Part shown: piece after piece, positions 7,927 through 11,697 of the stretch
How the letters are laid out: each line of letters begins with the position of its first letter
Numbering within the stretch: the stretch's first letter is position 1
From: Candidatus Methylomirabilota bacterium
Lineage (GTDB): Bacteria > Methylomirabilota > Methylomirabilia > Rokubacteriales > CSP1-6
DNA length: 11,697 nt
Direction of reading: 5' to 3'
Assembly (NCBI GenBank): GCA_046726415.1
Contig: JBKPAK010000161.1
Location: 1 to 11,697 of the forward strand
Translations under genes and position numbers: made by a program
The notes under the pieces: generated by a model
Told to the model about the DNA's origin: nothing
Databases searched by the model: none
The model's input: the letters and a program-made list of their open reading frames with translations, nothing else

Positions 7927-8006
7927 GGCGAACTTCGTGTTAACCGGCGCGCCAACAGCAAGCGAAGCACGGCTGTTTGCGTGTCCGATTGAACACCGGG
8001 TTATCG
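7927..8006 (-). other. Integron attC-like recombination site (80 bp)
   Basis: Minus (top) strand: CGATAAC ccggtg TTCAATCGGACACGC aaacagc-loop-gctgttg GCGCGCCGGTTAA cacgaa GTTCGCC. The plus (bottom) strand folds into a hairpin with paired AAC/GTT ends, a poorly paired spacer, and unpaired G7991 and T7984. Confidence 0.8.
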
Positions 8007-8259
8007 GCCAGCTTGATCGGGGCATTCTCGCGCCAACGGGCGGGTTCTCGATCTCGATCGAATAGTTGCTCGGAGAATAGTCGTCGGCCAAAGCAGGCGC
8101 AAGCGTGTCGACGGTCTCGGCAGGCGATTTTTCGAAGCCGGCGGCCGATGGCAAATCTCGACCCGGCCGAGGTCCAGCGGCGTCGGCCTCAACACGGCGA
8201 TGAAGGAGTTGAGCAGCTCGCGAAGAACTCGGGCCGGCGGCCCCGGGGCGCCGGCGCGA

Positions 8260-8503
8260 TCAGCCGGCGGCGAGGAGTGCCCGCAGGCAGGCGAGGTTCG
8301 AGGGGAGCCCTCCTGCCAGAGCCAGCCCACGTCGATCCAGAGGCCAGGGACGACGCGCGAGGCGGCGAGGCGCTGCGCCACGCAGCCGCCCGGGTCTCGA
8401 GCTCGGCGAGGATGGCCTGTTCGAACGGGTTGACCAGCCAGATCTCGTCGACGCCGGTCGGGCGGTAGCAGGGCAGATTCTCGCGGACGTCAGCCCCGGG
8501 CCT
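8260..8503 (-). pseudogene. Uma2 (DUF820, PD-(D/E)xK) family endonuclease, C-terminal remnant
   Basis: Three frames join into DVRENLPCYRPTGVDEIWLVNPFEQAILAELET / PGGCVAQRLAASRVVPGLWIDVGWLWQE / LPSNLACLRALLAAG*, with frameshifts near 8393 and 8308. The 5' half is absent (in-frame TGA at 8506-8504). Confidence 0.75.
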
Positions 8504-8634
8504 TCACTCAGCTTGTGACTTGTGGGCGGAGGGCCACCTATCTCATCATGCTGAATACTCAGTGCGGCACGCGATCCAGTGCAGACGCGAGGTGCCCGTG
8601 AATGCCCTCCCGCTCGGCCCCCTGGCCGGCCCGA

Positions 8635-8683
8635 GCGAGTGAAGGCCGGAGAAGACGTGCGGCCGAAGCTCGCGCCCAGATAG
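8635..8683 (+). repeat. Right copy of the direct repeat: orphan MFP 3'-end fragment (attR-like)
   Basis: Encodes RVKAGEDVRPKLAPR*, 11/14 aa identical to the MFP C-terminus. Its TAG lies 9 nt before the permease ATG. Confidence 0.85.
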
Positions 8684-8692
8684 TCCGCCGCC

Positions 8693-11600
8693 ATGTCGCG
8701 TTTCTTCATCAACCGGCCGGTGGTGGCCATGGTGATCTCCATCCTCATCGCCCTCGCCGGACTGGTCACATTCCGGCGCCTGCCCGTGGCCCAGTTTCCC
8801 GACATTGCGCCGCCGGAGATCTCCATCCGCACGATGTACGTCGGCGCCGACGCGCTCACCATCGAGGAGTCGGTGGCGACGCCCATCGAGCAGACGATCA
8901 CGGGCGTGGACAACATGATCTACATGCGCTCGTACAACGTGAACGACGGGACCATGAATCTCCGGGTGGACTTCGACGTGGGCACCGACCCCAACGTGGA
9001 CAACGTGCTCACCTACATCCGGCTGGCCCAGGCCATCCCGCAGCTGCCGGCGGCGGTGCAGAAGTTCGGCATCTCCGTCCTGAAGGCGCACACCAGCCCG
9101 CTGGCCATCTTCGCCCTCTACTCGCCCAAGGGCACGTACGACGCGACGTTCCTGGCCAACTACGCCTACGTCAACATCAATGATCCCATGACCCGCGTGA
9201 ATGGCATCGGCCAGGTGCTGATCCAGGGGGCCGGCCAGTACGCCATGCGCTTCTGGGTCAAGCCCGATCAGCTCGCGAAGCTGGCCATCACCATCACCGA
9301 TCTCGTCAATGCGCTCGACAAGCAGAACGTGATCAACGCCGCCGGCCAGGTGGGGGCTCAGCCAGCCCCGCCGGGGCAGCAGTTCACCTACACCATGCGG
9401 ACGCAGGGACGGTTGGTCACCGAGCAGGAATTCGGCGAGATCGTGGTGCGGGCGAATCCGGACGGCTCGGTGGTGCGCATGCGCGACCTGGCCCGCACGG
9501 AGCTGGGGGCCCAGACCTACAACAACATCGGGCGCCTCGACGGGGCGCCGGCCGCCATCGTCAACATCTATCAGCTGCCTGGGTTCAACGCGCTGGAAGC
9601 GATGGAGGGCGCCCGCCGCCTGATGGAAGACTTGAAGCAGCGGTTCCCGGTGGACATGGACTACGTGGTGTCGCTCGACACCACCTTGGCGGTGACCGAG
9701 GGCATCAAGGAGATCTACGCCACCCTCTGGCAGGCGATGCTTCTCGTCATCCTGGTCGTCTTCCTCTTCCTCCAGAGCGTGCGGGCCACGCTGATTCCGG
9801 CCGTGGCGGTACCGGTGTCACTGATCGGCACGTTCATCTTCTTTCCCCTCCTCGGGTTCTCGGTCAACACGCTGTCGCTCTTCGGGCTCGTCCTGGCTAT
9901 CGGCCTGGTCGTCGACGATGCCATCGTCGTCGTCGAGGCCGTGGAGAAGAAACTCGAGGAGGGTCTCGCGCCGAAGGAGGCGGCGACCCGGGCCATGGAG
10001 GAGGTCTCGGGGCCGGTGGTCGCCATCGCGCTGATCCTCATCGCCGTGTTCGCGCCGACCGCCTTCATCCCCGGTATCACCGGACGCCTCTACCAGCAGT
10101 TCGCCGTGACCATTGCGCTGTCGGTGGCCATCTCCGCCTTCAATGCGCTCACCCTCAGTCCCGCGCTGAGCGCGCTGGTGCTGAGATCACACGCCGGGCG
10201 GCATCGAGGACCACTCGGCCGCTTCTTCGGCGGCTTCAACCGGGCCTTCGAGCGGACCACCAACCGCTACGTGAGCATCTCGGGTGCCCTCATCCGCAAG
10301 TCCGCCCTCAGCCTCCTCTTCCTGGCGGCCATCGCGGTGGGCGCCGGCCTCTTCGGCTGGAGACTGCCGACGGGATTTCTGCCCACGGAGGATCAGGGCT
10401 TCCTCTACGTGAACGTCCAGCTGCCGGAGGCCGCCTCGCTGCAGCGCACCGACGTCGTGATGAAGAAGATCGAGCGGATCCTAGCGGACACCAAGGGCGT
10501 CAAGCACTACAGCTCGATCACCGGCTACAGTCTGCTCGACTACATCAACGCGACCTACTTCGGCTTCTTCTTCGTCACCCTCGAGCCATGGAGCGAGCGG
10601 CGAACCCGCCAGACGAGCCTGGAGGGGATCATGGACTCCCTGAACCGGCGACTCGCCCAGCTGCCCGACGCCCGGGCCTTTGCCTTTCCGCCGCCCGCCA
10701 TCTCCGGTGTCGGGACGTCAGGAGGCTTCAGCCTCATGCTCCAGGACCGCGCGGGCCGCTCGGTGGACTTCCTGGCCAGGAACGTCAACCGCTTCCTGGA
10801 GGCGGCGCGCCAGCGGCCGGAGCTGACGCGGCTCAACAGCTCGCTCATCGCCACGGTGCCCCAGGTCTACGCCAGCGTGGACCGCGACAAGACGCTTAAG
10901 CAGGAGGTCGATCTCGAGGAGGTGTACCGGACGCTCAACGCCTTCATGGGGACGCTCTTCGTGAACTACTTCAATCGCTTCGGGCGCCAGTGGCAGGTCT
11001 ACATCGGCGCCGAGGGAGAGTACCGGACGCGGGCGGATGACGTCGGGCAGTTCTATGTCCGCAACAAGCGCGGCCAGATGGTTCCGCTGTCGGCCTTGGT
11101 GGCCCTGGAGACGCGCGAAGGCCCCGAGTACACGAATCGCTTCAACGAGTATCGTTCAGCCGAGATCACCGGCGGCGCCGCGCCGGGGTACAGCTCCGGC
11201 CAGGCCACGATCGCTCTTGAAGACGTTGCTCGGCAGGTGTTGCCGCCCGAGATGGGGTACGCGTGGAACGCGCTCTCCTACCAGCAGGCCCGGGCCGCCC
11301 AGGAGGTGAGTCCGGCTGCCGTCTTCGGCCTGTCGCTACTGGTCGTGTTCCTCATCCTCGCCGCACAGTACGAGAGCTGGTCGCTGCCGTTCAGCGTGCT
11401 CCTCGGCACGCCCATCGCCGTCTTCGGGGCGCTTCTGGCCCTGTGGGCGCGCGGCTTCGAGAACAACGTGTACGCGCAGATCGGCCTCGTGATGCTCATC
11501 GGGTTGGCCGCCAAGAACGCCATCCTCATCGTGGAATTCGCGCGGGCGGCACGGCGGCGCGGGATACCCATCGCCGAGGCCGCCCTCAGCGGTGCGCGGC

Positions 11601-11697
11601 TGCGCTTCCGGCCGATCCTCATGACCGCCTTCGCCTTCATCTTCGGCGCGCTGCCGCTGGTGATGGCCTCCGGTTCGGGCGCGGTGGCCCGCCAGAT
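8693..11697 (+). CDS. RND efflux permease, HAE1 (AcrB/MexB-like) family; 3' end lies outside the window
   Basis: Starts MSRFFINRPVVAMVISILIALAG...LPVAQFPDIAPP. TM4 LAIGLVVDDAIVVVE (DD at 9914-9919), TM10 GLAAKNAILIVEFA (K at 11513) and RFRPILMT are in one frame. Absent from the ORF track because there is no stop in the window. Confidence 0.97.
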   Translation, partial: MSRFFINRPVVAMVISILIALAGLVTFRRLPVAQFPDIAPPEISIRTMYVGADALTIEESVATPIEQTITGVDNMIYMRSYNVNDGTMNLRVDFDVGTDPNVDNVLTYIRLAQAIPQLPAAVQKFGISVLKAHTSPLAIFALYSPKGTYDATFLANYAYVNINDPMTRVNGIGQVLIQGAGQYAMRFWVKPDQLAKLAITITDLVNALDKQNVINAAGQVGAQPAPPGQQFTYTMRTQGRLVTEQEFGEIVVRANPDGSVVRMRDLARTELGAQTYNNIGRLDGAPAAIVNIYQLPGFNALEAMEGARRLMEDLKQRFPVDMDYVVSLDTTLAVTEGIKEIYATLWQAMLLVILVVFLFLQSVRATLIPAVAVPVSLIGTFIFFPLLGFSVNTLSLFGLVLAIGLVVDDAIVVVEAVEKKLEEGLAPKEAATRAMEEVSGPVVAIALILIAVFAPTAFIPGITGRLYQQFAVTIALSVAISAFNALTLSPALSALVLRSHAGRHRGPLGRFFGGFNRAFERTTNRYVSISGALIRKSALSLLFLAAIAVGAGLFGWRLPTGFLPTEDQGFLYVNVQLPEAASLQRTDVVMKKIERILADTKGVKHYSSITGYSLLDYINATYFGFFFVTLEPWSERRTRQTSLEGIMDSLNRRLAQLPDARAFAFPPPAISGVGTSGGFSLMLQDRAGRSVDFLARNVNRFLEAARQRPELTRLNSSLIATVPQVYASVDRDKTLKQEVDLEEVYRTLNAFMGTLFVNYFNRFGRQWQVYIGAEGEYRTRADDVGQFYVRNKRGQMVPLSALVALETREGPEYTNRFNEYRSAEITGGAAPGYSSGQATIALEDVARQVLPPEMGYAWNALSYQQARAAQEVSPAAVFGLSLLVVFLILAAQYESWSLPFSVLLGTPIAVFGALLALWARGFENNVYAQIGLVMLIGLAAKNAILIVEFARAARRRGIPIAEAALSGARLRFRPILMTAFAFIFGALPLVMASGSGAVARQ

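Larger units (their letters stand above)
6774..8634. mobile_element. Degenerate integrated islet splitting the MFP-permease operon (no integrase retained)
   Basis: Flanked by duplicated MFP 3' ends. Its content (ADH, attC-like site, Uma2 remnant) is oriented opposite to the operon, and the non-coding parts look less GC-rich than the flanking genes. Confidence 0.65.

Noticed and set aside
8505-8565. Specific sigma70 promoter for the permease
   Set aside because: TTGTGA/TTGTGG and -10-like hexamers are present but not at convincing spacing.
8260-9183. ORFs 8260..8916 -, 8546..9091 - and 8602..9183 +
   Set aside because: Shadows of the permease. Only the last 15 codons of 8260..8916 appear real, as the Uma2 tail.

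Overview
High-GC bacterial window with three parts. (1) A metabolic cluster: an AhpD/carboxymuconolactone-decarboxylase-family gene that the ORF track splits in two but that reads as one selenoprotein (CxxU, in-frame TGA at 312-314 followed by a SECIS-like hairpin), an APH/ACAD10-11-type phosphotransferase, an amidase, a metallo-beta-lactamase-fold hydrolase and an acyl-CoA dehydrogenase. (2) An RND efflux pair: a membrane fusion protein (MFP) with an unusually long, repeat-expanded alpha-hairpin, and a HAE1/AcrB-type permease that runs off the window end and is missing from the ORF track. (3) A ~1.9 kb islet (6774-8634) separating the two efflux genes. It is bounded by two diverged copies of the MFP gene 3' end and carries, all in minus orientation, a zinc alcohol dehydrogenase, an integron attC-like site with the characteristic extrahelical G and T, and a frameshifted Uma2-family endonuclease remnant. 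No integrase is present. All family calls are from motif recognition, not database searches.
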